Below the pieces are notes generated by a model, which saw only the letters and a program-made list of their open reading frames with translations, did no database searches and was not told where the DNA came from. A DNA stretch of 64,000 nt from an uncultured virus (IMG/VR IMGVR_UViG_3300002835_000031) (lineage: Duplodnaviria; Heunggongvirae; Uroviricota; Caudoviricetes): the IMG/VR virus record IMGVR_UViG_3300002835_000031, one strand, 5' to 3'. This document shows, piece by piece, positions 1-10,652 of the stretch. The position numbers and the translations under genes are program-made. Position 1 is the first letter of the stretch, and each line of letters starts with the position of its first letter.

Positions 1-977
1 GCGAATGTATTGCCTGTATCGTCAACATTTAGACCTGTGCTCAAAGCTGGAGCGTAGTCTAGAACACCTGACATAGCTAATGCACTTGCAACGTCTGCAG
101 AGCAAACGATGAAGTTACCTTTACCACGACGTGTGTCTTGTGCAATGTGGTTAGCATCACGTTCAATGTTGAACAATAGACCTTTGAAACGCTCAACAGA
201 CCAACGTCCATTAGAGTCAACGTCTAAGTCAAATGTACCAGCAGATGCTGTTGCAGGTGAACCTGGTTTAGCAACTTTGTAAATTGTACGAATAACTTCG
301 CGATTAATTTCAAACATGAATTCTTGTGACAAGATGTTTGATAATTCTGCTTCAGCGTCAAGACCGTGAATAGCTTTCAAGTCTTGTGCTAATTCAACAG
401 TGTATTCAGCCTTTAAAGCACGTGATTTCGCAGTAACTGTTGTCTTATCAATGGAGAAAGACATTTCGTTGAATGCTTGACCACCAGTAGTGCCCATAGC
501 TTCAGCAGTTGCTGTAGCAACGCCGGCACCTGTTGTGTAAGCGCCGCTAACAGGATTTGATCCTGCGTGAGTAGTTGCAGTACCTGCAAATGAGGTGTTA
601 GCTTCATTGTACAATGCTTCAACGCGAGTTGAAGTATTGTTACGCTCTGTACCATATGTAGAACGCATTGCAAAGATCAAACCTGTTGGACCTGTCATTG
701 GCTGAACGCCGCAGATGTCATAAGCCATTAGGTTAGGCATTGCACGACGTACTAAACCGATCATGATCGGATCATACTTGTCGATACCGCTTGTTGCGTT
801 AATATTGTTTGCAGGAGCTGCCTCAAACATTGCGCTACGCTCTTCACGTAGTGAACGCTCTTGGTTCTCTAACAATACAGATGTAACTGCACGCTTGTAG
901 GAATCCTTGATCGCTGGAAGATCAGGGTGCTCTAAAATGGCTTGCCATTTTTGTTGTAAGTTTTCAGATAAAAACAT
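1..977 (-). CDS. gp23: major capsid protein (N-terminal part; runs off window start)
   Basis: Not in the ORF track. Manual translation from ATG at 977 gives MFLSENLQQKWQAILEHPDLPAIKDSYKRAVTSVLLENQE...DICGVQPMTGPTGLIFAMRS, a T4 gp23 signature; lies downstream of gp22. Confidence 0.97.
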   Translation of the reverse strand, partial: MFLSENLQQKWQAILEHPDLPAIKDSYKRAVTSVLLENQERSLREERSAMFEAAPANNINATSGIDKYDPIMIGLVRRAMPNLMAYDICGVQPMTGPTGLIFAMRSTYGTERNNTSTRVEALYNEANTSFAGTATTHAGSNPVSGAYTTGAGVATATAEAMGTTGGQAFNEMSFSIDKTTVTAKSRALKAEYTVELAQDLKAIHGLDAEAELSNILSQEFMFEINREVIRTIYKVAKPGSPATASAGTFDLDVDSNGRWSVERFKGLLFNIERDANHIAQDTRRGKGNFIVCSADVASALAMSGVLDYAPALSTGLNVDDTGNTF

Positions 978-1007
978 TTATTTTCTCCTTGATGGATAAC
1001 GTATTAA

Positions 1008-2138
1008 TTACGCTCTTTTGATTGATCTTGAAAGCGCTTGCGCGTATGCGTTGACTACAGTGTCACCCGTATAATCAGGTGTACTGCCATTGTCTTCAAT
1101 TAAAGTTTGTTGAACTTGTGAAGTCTGTTTAGATTCTGTTAATTGCTTCTTAGGGAAATAATTTTCCTTAATAACAGAAACTTTCTCTCTATATAGATCT
1201 TCATTCTCAAAATCAACACCCTCTAAAAGCTTACCTAATTTAGCTGCTTCTGTATCAGCTAGATCTTTGGACAGTTCTTCGACAACTGCAATTCGCTTTA
1301 AAGAAGTGACTTCTTTGTTAAGGTCTACATTGTGACCAATAGCTTCGTCTAGTTTTGCTTCTAGTTCTTCTGCCTTGGCTTGTAGTTCACCGATTACATC
1401 ATATTTTTCTTCGGGTACTTCAATGTAGTGTTCCTTGAATAATACCTTTAGTCCTGCCATGAAGTCTTCTGCAATCTCTGTGCGAAGACCATTCTCAATG
1501 GCTAATTCGTTATCTCTAATGTAGTTTTCGACCACATAGTTTAGATACGAGTCAATTTTCTCAACAATACCTTCTTTGTAGTCAGCTACATCAGCTGCAT
1601 ACTTTTCTTCTAGAGAAGAAGTTACTTTGTCCATTTCCGCATTAACGCGAGCAATAACTGCTGCTTCGAAAATAGATGTGGCCTTCTCTTTGAATTCTTC
1701 TGAAAGATCGTCACCAAAGATTGGTGATAGATCGATTGCAGCTGGTGCTGCTATAACTTCATCTTCAGCTACAACGTCTGCATCATCGGCTGTCTCATCT
1801 TCTTCGCGCATTCCTGCAGAAGTAGATTGACCGACAACAGAAGTAGGATCTGCCGTAGTAGTGAAATTAGGAGCGGATCCTGGGCCAGACTGTGTTAATG
1901 TATTTTTCTTAACATTACCAGAAACTTTGGCACCTTGATTCTCTTCTTTCTCATCACGTACTTCGTAAGAAGCGTCTTGCGAGTCGCCCTGTTTTGGGTT
2001 TGTTGCATCGCCGCTATTCGCTGGCTTAATAGTGCTGTCTTTGTTGACGCCGGTTGCGCCCATCATATCAGCCTCTTCAAGACTTGCTTTAGCATCTACG
2101 CGCCCTAGCAATTCTTTAATTTTGCTTTCTACTGACAT
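1008..2138 (-). CDS. gp22: prohead core scaffolding protein
   Basis: Acidic coiled-coil with LSEEFKEKATSIFEAAV, IDSYLNYVVE and ENYF motifs; between gp21 and gp23. Confidence 0.93.
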   Translation of the reverse strand: MSVESKIKELLGRVDAKASLEEADMMGATGVNKDSTIKPANSGDATNPKQGDSQDASYEVRDEKEENQGAKVSGNVKKNTLTQSGPGSAPNFTTTADPTSVVGQSTSAGMREEDETADDADVVAEDEVIAAPAAIDLSPIFGDDLSEEFKEKATSIFEAAVIARVNAEMDKVTSSLEEKYAADVADYKEGIVEKIDSYLNYVVENYIRDNELAIENGLRTEIAEDFMAGLKVLFKEHYIEVPEEKYDVIGELQAKAEELEAKLDEAIGHNVDLNKEVTSLKRIAVVEELSKDLADTEAAKLGKLLEGVDFENEDLYREKVSVIKENYFPKKQLTESKQTSQVQQTLIEDNGSTPDYTGDTVVNAYAQALSRSIKRA

Positions 2139-2167
2139 TAGTGTCTCCTAAATGGATTGTTCTTAAT

Positions 2168-2175
2168 TATTTATA
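2168..2175 (-). promoter_or_regulatory. T4-type late promoter TATAAATA upstream of gp22
   Basis: Exact TATAAATA on the minus strand in the gp21-gp22 gap. Confidence 0.75.
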
Positions 2176-2182
2176 AGTTTGG

Positions 2183-2833
2183 TTATCTAGATAATCTAGA
2201 CATAAACTCTTCAAACATCTTTAATTTTGTCTCTTCGAGATTAGCTTTAGATGCCTTCTTTAATGTTTGTTGCGCTCGTTCGACGTCAATCGCTTTCCAA
2301 ACTCCGTTTTCGCAAATCCATTCTGCAGACTCATAAATGCCTTGAACATAGGCATCATGTGCTGACGGATCCGCGACAATATCTACAGTCGCAAGATGAA
2401 AATCATCCTGTACTTCATTAACACCCTCTTTATTGAGTTTTAATGATCCTAACCCTCTAGATGAAACTCCCAACATTATTTCGTTCTCAATTAAATTGCG
2501 AGCAATGTTACCCATTGGGGTTTCTAAAATTTTTGCTTTACCAATTACATTTTTACCTTCAAAACGAAGGCTTGTAATTAGGTGAGATACTTTATCTAAA
2601 TTAAGTGTTGGGTTAGAAGGATGCCCTAACTCTCCCAAAGAACGCTTCTCGTCAATTAATTTTTGATATCTAGCAACTTCTTTTTCCATAACAGCCATGG
2701 GATACATTCTACCATTTCTGTTAGGTTGTTCTGCCTGCATGAAAATGCCTTCAATGAAAACATTCTTACCGCCACCTTTTTTATCTTCTTCAAGATATTG
2801 TAGGTCTTGTACGACTTCTGTAATTAAACGCAT
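2183..2833 (-). CDS. gp21: prohead protease
   Basis: IEGIFMQAEQPNRNGRMY, LGELGHP, GVSSRGLGS and DIVADPS motifs. Confidence 0.96.
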   Translation of the reverse strand: MRLITEVVQDLQYLEEDKKGGGKNVFIEGIFMQAEQPNRNGRMYPMAVMEKEVARYQKLIDEKRSLGELGHPSNPTLNLDKVSHLITSLRFEGKNVIGKAKILETPMGNIARNLIENEIMLGVSSRGLGSLKLNKEGVNEVQDDFHLATVDIVADPSAHDAYVQGIYESAEWICENGVWKAIDVERAQQTLKKASKANLEETKLKMFEEFMSRLSR

Positions 2834-2846
2834 TTTTATCTACCTA

Positions 2847-3251
2847 TTATACTTTAGTTTGTTGATCAGGTTCTTGATACCCGTTTTTCTTTGTCAATGT
2901 TAAATATAATGTTCCGCCAGCTGGTGGCAATAGAATATTTATATTTGAACTAGAATTTGAATTATCAGGAAATCCAAACATTTGTGTTAAGGACCAATTG
3001 TCATTGCCAAACAATATCAATGTATTTGCAGCTGCAGTATGTGGTCTTTTAATAACAATGGGGGATGCAACTGAATCGGATGCAGACCAAACCATGCCTG
3101 TAATTGTAACATTAGTATTAGCGTAACCTAAAAAAGTTTCATCCGCTAAAGCCAAATCAGAATTTAAATCAACGTTGGCCTGACCGTCGCCGACAAATTT
3201 AACAACCGCCTGTTGTCTAACTTTTTTAATTACCGTTTTTGTGACAGCCAT
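2847..3251 (-). CDS. hypothetical protein in head cluster
   Basis: 134-aa ORF with GAGG RBS, between the core-protein gene and gp21. Confidence 0.7.
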   Translation of the reverse strand: MAVTKTVIKKVRQQAVVKFVGDGQANVDLNSDLALADETFLGYANTNVTITGMVWSASDSVASPIVIKRPHTAAANTLILFGNDNWSLTQMFGFPDNSNSSSNINILLPPAGGTLYLTLTKKNGYQEPDQQTKV

Positions 3252-3260
3252 TTGTGCCTC

Positions 3261-4802
3261 TTAAAAGTTTCTAGATGCGGCAGACGCTAGTCTTGCAGCA
3301 AAATTTTGTTTACCAATAGCTTTAGTTACGCCACCAATTGCTTTGATGCTTTTAGGTACACCTTTTTGTGTGTTACCACGCTTTGAAGCAACTTTGGGGT
3401 CTGTAACTTTATTCACATATGATTGATATGTAGATGATTTCAATTCGTCAATTTGATTTTCGTCATCTTGCTCAACGCTATCACCCATATAGCGACCTTT
3501 TTCATATCCTCTGCTATTGGGATCTGCTTTGGGAGCAGGTGCACTCGCAGGCTTTGGATATTGTTTTGCGCTGGCGGTTTTAATGCCTTTTTCCAATTTG
3601 GCTTTTTTAGCCATTGAATTTGCATCAGTGTTGTTTCGTATGCTGTCAAATTTCTTGTGGCCTGCTACTTTATAATTTTGTAAAGTATTTTTTGATAATT
3701 CATCTAAAGTGTTTTCGCCGTCTGGTTCAAATGATGCAACTTGCATTGCGCCTTTTGATTTCATCCATGCCTCATATTCAGACATATCGCGGAATTTTTT
3801 CCCTGTAATTTTTTGCTTCATCTGATCTTTATCATTAGTTGCAAAATATTTTTTCATATCTGCCAATTTAGCTGATACAGGAGCAGGTTTTTTATTCTGT
3901 GAACCAAAAGATAAATTCATCTCATCTATTTCACTTGACATATAGTTTGAAACAGTTGAAATATAATCTTCTGCCAGTGTAATTTTAGATTGAACCCACT
4001 CAGGAAGATTATCATTGTCTTCTAGCATATCATGCACTCTTTGAGCATTCATTATAATACTTCGTAATTGACCACGGGCCATATCGCCTTCGTAATCGTA
4101 TTCACTTTTTTCTTTGGCTTCTTTAACTTCCGAAGCATGATGCTTTGATAACTCAAATGTAAATTTACCAGCTTGTACAGGCATACCTGTATGAATAGCT
4201 TGATGCTTAACATTTGTACCGTGAATAGCATTGGCAACAGATAAATTAGCGTGAGTATGAATATTACCTTCTGAGTCTTTTGTAAGCACTAAAGGATCTT
4301 CATGAGTTGTAGTAACTTCTTCATTTCTTTGAATGTTACCTTTTAAAGTTTTAACATCTTGTTTGTTTGCTTTTCCTGTGCTAGTTACACGAGCAGGAGT
4401 TCTGTTTGCAAGTTTATCATAACTTCCAAGTGTATGGCCTGGTCTTGCATAGTGACTTTTGGCATCAGCGGCACCTTGAACGGCAGCTGCTGATTTTGCA
4501 TCTTTAGTCTTTTTGGCATGGTCTGCAAATTTTTGAGGATCGTGTGACTTACCATAGTAGTAATCGGAATCAGGATCCGATGCTGACTTAGCAGCTTTAG
4601 CTAAAGTCTTTGTTGATATTTCATCAAGGTTTTCTTCAGCAACTCTTTTAGCGGCTGCTGTAGCAATAGCCATCTTTTTGCCCATGTCCATACCTGGATT
4701 CTCACGCTCCATGGCCATAGCAATTTCCTCTCGCTTTTTCTTTTCAGCGGGAGTAAGAGTTTTTTCTACTAAATCTAATCTTATTTGATTAAACTTCTTC
4801 AT
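3261..4802 (-). CDS. putative prohead core/internal head protein, modular and Lys-rich
   Basis: 513 aa at the T4 gp68 position; repeated (L/I)DE(L/I)S-type motifs; contains EYDYEGDMA...LPEWVQSKITLAEDY module. Confidence 0.7.
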   Translation of the reverse strand: MKKFNQIRLDLVEKTLTPAEKKKREEIAMAMERENPGMDMGKKMAIATAAAKRVAEENLDEISTKTLAKAAKSASDPDSDYYYGKSHDPQKFADHAKKTKDAKSAAAVQGAADAKSHYARPGHTLGSYDKLANRTPARVTSTGKANKQDVKTLKGNIQRNEEVTTTHEDPLVLTKDSEGNIHTHANLSVANAIHGTNVKHQAIHTGMPVQAGKFTFELSKHHASEVKEAKEKSEYDYEGDMARGQLRSIIMNAQRVHDMLEDNDNLPEWVQSKITLAEDYISTVSNYMSSEIDEMNLSFGSQNKKPAPVSAKLADMKKYFATNDKDQMKQKITGKKFRDMSEYEAWMKSKGAMQVASFEPDGENTLDELSKNTLQNYKVAGHKKFDSIRNNTDANSMAKKAKLEKGIKTASAKQYPKPASAPAPKADPNSRGYEKGRYMGDSVEQDDENQIDELKSSTYQSYVNKVTDPKVASKRGNTQKGVPKSIKAIGGVTKAIGKQNFAARLASAASRNF

Positions 4803-4971
4803 TTTCTTGTTCTTCTTTTTGTCCGATTGAAGCTGCTATTTCTTGTTTCTTTGTATCTAATGCATTGGATAATTTAAATCCCATTGCTGCATTAAATTGA
4901 TTAACTGCATCGTTTGAACGATCAGCTAAAATATCATCTACCATATTTCTAAGCGTTGCTGTAGTTTCCAT
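4789..4971 (-). CDS. gp67: prohead core protein, gp67-like
   Basis: 60-aa ORF with acidic tail directly after the portal gene; synteny. Confidence 0.6.
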   Translation of the reverse strand: METTATLRNMVDDILADRSNDAVNQFNAAMGFKLSNALDTKKQEIAASIGQKEEQENEEV

Positions 4972-4979
4972 AATTTTCC

Positions 4980-6527
4980 TTACTGTTGATTATTTATAGC
5001 ATCTAGAGGTTGTCCGCCAGCGCCCAATGTAGGTGAAGGTTCAGATTCAATCTGTTCTTCCATCTGCCCAATTTCTTCATCAGTCATTCTTAACACATTT
5101 TTCATTATATATTGTTTACTAAAATAAGTCCCAACATATGGTTGCATCTGATTAATAATATCTACGCGGTTACGAAGATTTTCAGAATTTTTCATTTCCT
5201 CAAAATATTGATCTTGTGCAAACTTATATTGTATTTTTTCTTTAATATCATCCCAATCTTGGTCGGTTATAACACCTGTTAAGATTAGTTGTGTTTTAAG
5301 AACATCATTAAATAATTCACTAAACTTCTTACGCAGTCTGCCAACAAATTTGGCAAACTTTAATTCATCTCTAGTAATCTCTGTTGCTCTACCAAATGAA
5401 ATACCCTGTTGAGGCTGCATTCTTGATAAAGGAACATTCAATGCTTGATATAACTTATTCTGAAAATAAACTATGTCTTCAATTTGACCTAAGTTTTCGC
5501 CACCTGGCAAAGTAGTAATTTCAGTACCTCGGCCGCCTTCTCTACGAGGCAACCAAAAGTCTTCCAACATTGACATAAATTTACGGTCATCTCTGATTTC
5601 GCCGGTAGCAGAATCATAAACAATCTTGTTTCTATAGCGAGCCATAATATCTTTTAAATATTGCTCAGCTTTCAATTTAGGTAAATTACCTACATCAATA
5701 TAAAATATTCTTCGTTCTGGAGCACGAGCAAGTCTATAAATGACTAACGCGTCTTCCATCATTTTAAGTTGGTTAACCGGCTTAATAGCCTTATGTAAGT
5801 AACTTAAAACTACATTTTGTTCTGAATCATTTAACCCAGAAGGAACATATGTTATAGAATCTACAGCAACTTTTAGTCCCTGATTTGTACCAGAAACTGA
5901 AGTTTGATAATTGGGATTATAGTTAATCCCTTTTTCGCTATAGATAAAATATTCTTCAATTGACTTAATTAAATCAACACCCGTTTTTTGATCCTTATCC
6001 TTTTTAACTTCTCGGACTTTACGAATCTTTCTTGGGTCAATTTTTCTTAATTCTAAGATTCCCTTTTTAGGGGTCTTAGTATCAATAATTTTTTGATAAT
6101 ATATTCTTCCGTCAATATACCAACTGCGGAATATATCAAAGCCCTTCATATTAAAATCCAACAATCGCACAACAGTATTAAACTGTTCCGTAATTGCGGT
6201 TTTAATGTTGTCAGGTAAATCTAATCCATCAATATTAATCTGTACTGCAGCTTCATCTTCAACCGCTGCAATTGCTTCAGTTACAATTTCATCAATTGCA
6301 CTGGAACAATCAGCATACATAGATGCTTCTCTGTATCGAGTAATTAACTCAGATTCAGACTTTGCGGTAGCATCCATATTAAGATAGGTGCCAAAATAGC
6401 CGCCACCTTGTACGGTTGCTGTTCCATCATCAGTAACAGGTGGCACGAAAGATTGATTCCGCGCCACCTTGTTAATATCATTTACATCGTCACGACTAAT
6501 TGTATAGCCAAACAAATTAATTGCCAT
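4980..6527 (-). CDS. gp20: portal vertex protein
   Basis: YRLARAPERRIFYIDVGNLPK, EDFWLPRREGGRGTEITTLPGG and ITRDELKF motifs. Confidence 0.98.
   Translation of the reverse strand: MAINLFGYTISRDDVNDINKVARNQSFVPPVTDDGTATVQGGGYFGTYLNMDATAKSESELITRYREASMYADCSSAIDEIVTEAIAAVEDEAAVQINIDGLDLPDNIKTAITEQFNTVVRLLDFNMKGFDIFRSWYIDGRIYYQKIIDTKTPKKGILELRKIDPRKIRKVREVKKDKDQKTGVDLIKSIEEYFIYSEKGINYNPNYQTSVSGTNQGLKVAVDSITYVPSGLNDSEQNVVLSYLHKAIKPVNQLKMMEDALVIYRLARAPERRIFYIDVGNLPKLKAEQYLKDIMARYRNKIVYDSATGEIRDDRKFMSMLEDFWLPRREGGRGTEITTLPGGENLGQIEDIVYFQNKLYQALNVPLSRMQPQQGISFGRATEITRDELKFAKFVGRLRKKFSELFNDVLKTQLILTGVITDQDWDDIKEKIQYKFAQDQYFEEMKNSENLRNRVDIINQMQPYVGTYFSKQYIMKNVLRMTDEEIGQMEEQIESEPSPTLGAGGQPLDAINNQQ
4991..4998 (-). 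promoter_or_regulatory. T4-type late promoter TATAAATA upstream of gp67
   Basis: Exact TATAAATA inside the last codons of gp20, about 20 nt before the gp67 start. Confidence 0.6.
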
Positions 6528-6545
6528 TATTTAAATTCCAAAAAA

Positions 6546-7139
6546 TTAAACACTTAATCCAAGCACTGCACCTGCTATTAGTGTGGAAGCCGCTACACTA
6601 TCAGCTGCTCTTAGACCATACTCAAAATGCTGGTATTGGAATGAAACTGTAAATGTAGATAATTGATCATTTGCGCTAAAGTCTAATCCAACAGGAGAAA
6701 TATCCACTGGAAATGCACCTAGCATTTTATATGATCTTAAAGTTGCACCATTTCTATCCAATTGCATAACATCAATGATTGACTGATATGCAGTAGGATT
6801 AGTAAAACCAGTTTTTAGTCCCATGTTTTCAATTCCATTCATCCACTCTTCTATACCATTTCTTAGTTTAAAATCTGTGTCGTTTAAAATTGTGCATTGG
6901 AAAGGTGCGAATACTTTATCGCCAGCCAGTTTAACTTCCCTACCTCTATAAAATACCGGAGTGGTACCTATAGTCTGGCCTGGAAGTTCTGCTACTGTAA
7001 CTAAGAAACTACTAGATTCTAATAGTTGTCTGTCGTTTTGAACATACGCCGGAAACCCAATTCTAACTTGGAATTGATTAGGACGAGCACCGCCGCCCTT
7101 TAGTTGCGTTTTAAATTGATCTATTCTAAAATTGCTCAT
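6546..7139 (-). CDS. gp19: tail tube protein
   Basis: GGGARPNQF, ELPG, YRGREVKLAGD and AFPVDIS motifs; follows the sheath gene. Confidence 0.93.
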   Translation of the reverse strand: MSNFRIDQFKTQLKGGGARPNQFQVRIGFPAYVQNDRQLLESSSFLVTVAELPGQTIGTTPVFYRGREVKLAGDKVFAPFQCTILNDTDFKLRNGIEEWMNGIENMGLKTGFTNPTAYQSIIDVMQLDRNGATLRSYKMLGAFPVDISPVGLDFSANDQLSTFTVSFQYQHFEYGLRAADSVAASTLIAGAVLGLSV

Positions 7140-7154
7140 TTATTTTCTCCGGTA

Positions 7155-8876
7155 TTAAGCGCCGAGCTCTTCAAAAGAAATACTCGATCTAGTGGCAACA
7201 AATGTCAATGTTATAAAGTTAATAGAACGAGCAGGCTTAACAAAAATGTCAGCTCTAAATTCATTTCTATCAATCACGTCGCCAGTATTGTTTGTTTCGT
7301 CACAAACAACTTTGAAGTCTGTAATACCGCGACGACCCTGAACATCTCTTAAGAATGGTTCAACTAAATTTCTAAATTGAGCACGTGTGAATTGATCGTT
7401 AAATTCAAACAACTGGAATTTTGCGGCTGTAGCAACTGCTTTTTCCAACACGATAAACAATCTACGAACATTGATTCTATCAAATGCGCTTGGTTTAGCT
7501 TGCATTGTTTTGTCGCCAAACAATATAGTACCTTGTCCAGGGAATGTTACCACAGGATTGATACCTGCTTTGTATAACGTATCTCTGTCAGCTTTACCTG
7601 GGCTATATGCTAATTTAACAACATTTCTAATTTGTCCGCGATTGTAACCACTAGGGCTGAACCATGGATCTGCTACAAAATCTGTTCTTGCGCATAAACC
7701 AGCAACGTCGCCATTTAATGGGACCCAACGATATTTGTCATTGTAACGGTCATACTGATATTTCCATCCGGAATCTATTTCAGCATAGCTAGAATTTACA
7801 GAGATTTGATTATTTCTATAATCTACAACATTAATTGGTTGCTGAGCAGGAGTAACGCCTACCACATCTGATAACTCAGGTGATAAGAATACCATACAAT
7901 CTTTTCTGTCTTCTGCAAGGGCTACTAAACTACTAACAACTGCGGCGTTACTCCATGGACCTGCAGGAATTAAACTAACGTCGAACTCTTCGTCATTGGA
8001 GAATAAATCAAATCCGGCAATAACATTGCCATTACTTAGGGCAGTCTCTGCAGAAACACCTAGCGATAAGGATGCTGCTACACCTGTAGATAAAGAAGTA
8101 AATGCCTTCCCCGCTATTGCTGCAGTTCCCCACGCGTTTGCGCCAGAGGTCATTCCTGTTGGATGATCTATAGACCAAACATATTCCGAAGATAAATTAA
8201 TTACATCTTTATAGTAATTGGAAGAACCGTTAGTATTTCTAGCATCTGATGCTTTTGACAAAAATGCGAATTTTTCTAATACGGAGTTGCGTGCACCGCC
8301 AGACCATGCTCCGTCTTCGTCAATCACAAGAACGTGAACTTCATCATTGGTTGCGCCAACTGAAGTTGCGTATGTTGACGTTCCTGGAGAACTATCAAAT
8401 TGTCCCGTAATATTAGGAGTAACTGCGGTAGTTGCAAATGTGTTTGCGTCTACTAAAACAACTTTTAAAGAGTTACCTAGATTTCCTGGGTATTTTGCAG
8501 CAAATTCGCCGAGGCCTAAGCCACCTGCCGAATATATACCATTTAAAAAGTCATCTTCATTTTTAATTAAAATTGCGGTTGCGCTTGCGTTTGCAATTGC
8601 GTTTTTCGCGGTTCCTTCGTTAACAACACGAACTAGTTGTAAATTATTACCGTATGATAAAAAGTTAGCTGCAGTATAAAATGATGTATAAGTTTCGTCA
8701 GTAGGCCCGCCGAAAAACTTAACCAAATTATTCTCAGAATCGACGGTGGTAACTTGCCCAACAGGTCCCCATTGGAAGGCGCCAGCGAATGCGCCAGCGG
8801 AAGTAGCAACAGCCGGCACTATCGAAGATAGATCCTTTTCTTGTACTAGTACGCCAGGTGAAAGCTGAAATGCCAT
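7155..8876 (-). CDS. gp18: tail sheath protein
   Basis: MAFQLSPGVLVQEKDL, FQWGP, PWFSPSGYNRG, FDRINVRRLF and IFVKPARSINFITLTFVA motifs. Confidence 0.98.
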   Translation of the reverse strand: MAFQLSPGVLVQEKDLSSIVPAVATSAGAFAGAFQWGPVGQVTTVDSENNLVKFFGGPTDETYTSFYTAANFLSYGNNLQLVRVVNEGTAKNAIANASATAILIKNEDDFLNGIYSAGGLGLGEFAAKYPGNLGNSLKVVLVDANTFATTAVTPNITGQFDSSPGTSTYATSVGATNDEVHVLVIDEDGAWSGGARNSVLEKFAFLSKASDARNTNGSSNYYKDVINLSSEYVWSIDHPTGMTSGANAWGTAAIAGKAFTSLSTGVAASLSLGVSAETALSNGNVIAGFDLFSNDEEFDVSLIPAGPWSNAAVVSSLVALAEDRKDCMVFLSPELSDVVGVTPAQQPINVVDYRNNQISVNSSYAEIDSGWKYQYDRYNDKYRWVPLNGDVAGLCARTDFVADPWFSPSGYNRGQIRNVVKLAYSPGKADRDTLYKAGINPVVTFPGQGTILFGDKTMQAKPSAFDRINVRRLFIVLEKAVATAAKFQLFEFNDQFTRAQFRNLVEPFLRDVQGRRGITDFKVVCDETNNTGDVIDRNEFRADIFVKPARSINFITLTFVATRSSISFEELGA

Positions 8877-8929
8877 CTTATTCTCCTTAAGATTTTATAG
8901 ATAGTCCAATATAACTATTGATTACTATT

Positions 8930-8937
8930 TATTTATA
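8930..8937 (-). promoter_or_regulatory. T4-type late promoter TATAAATA upstream of gp18
   Basis: Exact TATAAATA in the gp17-gp18 intergenic region. Confidence 0.75.
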
Positions 8938-8948
8938 AGTATCTCTTT

Positions 8949-10652
8949 TTAGACATTTTCCAACCAATTTCTTTTCATTTTTTTCATCTCTGCTTCAGGG
9001 TCTTGATTCCACCATAAATCCGAGTCAATAACTTCTGGCTGCGATTTTTCCGGTAGCCCGTCATTTACTATTCCAAACGGTGTAAGATTTTCCTCAATCT
9101 GTTTAAATTGATCTTCGTATAATACTTTTCTAAGATTTGTGTCTGTCAAATCTTTAAAGAATGGTTCGTTTGTTGCCCATGAGAATAAAACCAAACACAT
9201 GACCAAATCGTCATGGTATCCTTCATCTGCTTTATGGGTTCCTCGAACTTCAATAAATGTAGATATTTCCTCAATAATTTCTGCATCATGTATTAATAGT
9301 TTCGTGGCTTCTACCAAACTCTTAAATGACGTGCATCCTAATCGTTTAACTTGTTTCGTAGTTCTAACTCCAAGAGTCGCCCCATGGGTAAATCCACCGG
9401 ACAAGTATTGTCCTGTTTTGCTATTACTTCCCACAAAGAATACATTTTCGTATTCTAAATCCATATACAACGAATCTGCTACTTGCTGTCCGTTATCGTT
9501 AATCTCAACTAAACAGTAAGCTTTATTATAATCTTTTGCTACTTTATATATTACATTGGGAAACATCAACGGACTGATTCTGTTACTTCTATACTTTGCA
9601 ACCACTTTGTATGGATATGCGGTAATATCTATAACTGCAAATGCTGAGTAATCTCCCCCAACGCCTCGCGATGTGTCCGCGACAAGCATATAGATATGAT
9701 CTTGTCCTTCGTACGTTCCATCGTCTTTTTTGGTTGCTCTAATTGGTTCTTCTAAAACATCCAGTCCGTCTTTTGTATAAACGAATTGACGAGTAGACAT
9801 CTGAGAAATTGTGTCGGGATTAATAAGAGTATTGGATGAACCTAAGAATCTGCATAAAACCTCTTGGTTAAACTTTAGTTCGCCAAGCATAGATTTTTGT
9901 TCTGCTGCCCATTTCTCATCTCTACCAGGAATTTTGCTATATGGAATGAACATTGGAACAAATCCATTCAATCCTTGTTCTGCCTCATTCCAGAATTTCC
10001 AGAAGTGGTTATATCCCAATGGTGTAGATGTAAGAAGAATCTTTGTTGTTTGTCCCGCAGAAATTGTTGGGTAAACAGATGTGAAAAATTGTTCTGCAAC
10101 ATTATTTGGAATAATTGCTGCTTCGTCAATATACAACCAGTTTACAGATTTACCTCGAATACCAGATGAGCTTGTAGCTGACGTAAATACTTTAGATCCA
10201 TTTTCAAGTTCAATATCACCCTTGTTGAATGTCTTGACACCTTGCTGCATCCACATAGGAAGCATCTCATACATTAGTTCGTATCGGGAAAGAACCTCTC
10301 GAGCTGCCGATGATTTATTTGCGAGAATAGCAACGGTTTTGTTTTCTTGAAATAACGTATACCAAAGAATACATGCTGCAGCTGTGATGGTCTTTCCCTG
10401 TTGGCGACCTTCCATCAAAATAACTTTACGGTTATTGAGTATTACGTGCACTTTTTCTTTTTGACAATCATATAATTTAAATGGTACAAGTCCGTAATCA
10501 AGAGAAACAATCTTACAGTAGTTCTCAATAAAATAGATAGGATCCTGCATACAACGCATAAGTTCTTTAACTTGTTCTGCGCTGTAAGATTCAACAATTC
10601 CTATCGGTTTAAGATTTGGATTGCCGTTATATGATATTTGTTTATTGCTCAA
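8949..10652 (-). CDS. gp17: terminase large subunit
   Basis: Walker A GRQQGKT, Walker B LYIDEAA, STPLGYNHFW and nuclease motif HDDLVMCL. Confidence 0.98.
   Translation of the reverse strand: MSNKQISYNGNPNLKPIGIVESYSAEQVKELMRCMQDPIYFIENYCKIVSLDYGLVPFKLYDCQKEKVHVILNNRKVILMEGRQQGKTITAAACILWYTLFQENKTVAILANKSSAAREVLSRYELMYEMLPMWMQQGVKTFNKGDIELENGSKVFTSATSSSGIRGKSVNWLYIDEAAIIPNNVAEQFFTSVYPTISAGQTTKILLTSTPLGYNHFWKFWNEAEQGLNGFVPMFIPYSKIPGRDEKWAAEQKSMLGELKFNQEVLCRFLGSSNTLINPDTISQMSTRQFVYTKDGLDVLEEPIRATKKDDGTYEGQDHIYMLVADTSRGVGGDYSAFAVIDITAYPYKVVAKYRSNRISPLMFPNVIYKVAKDYNKAYCLVEINDNGQQVADSLYMDLEYENVFFVGSNSKTGQYLSGGFTHGATLGVRTTKQVKRLGCTSFKSLVEATKLLIHDAEIIEEISTFIEVRGTHKADEGYHDDLVMCLVLFSWATNEPFFKDLTDTNLRKVLYEDQFKQIEENLTPFGIVNDGLPEKSQPEVIDSDLWWNQDPEAEMKKMKRNWLENV

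Noticed and set aside
413..673. 86-aa minus-strand ORF
   Set aside because: Out-of-frame shadow inside gp23.
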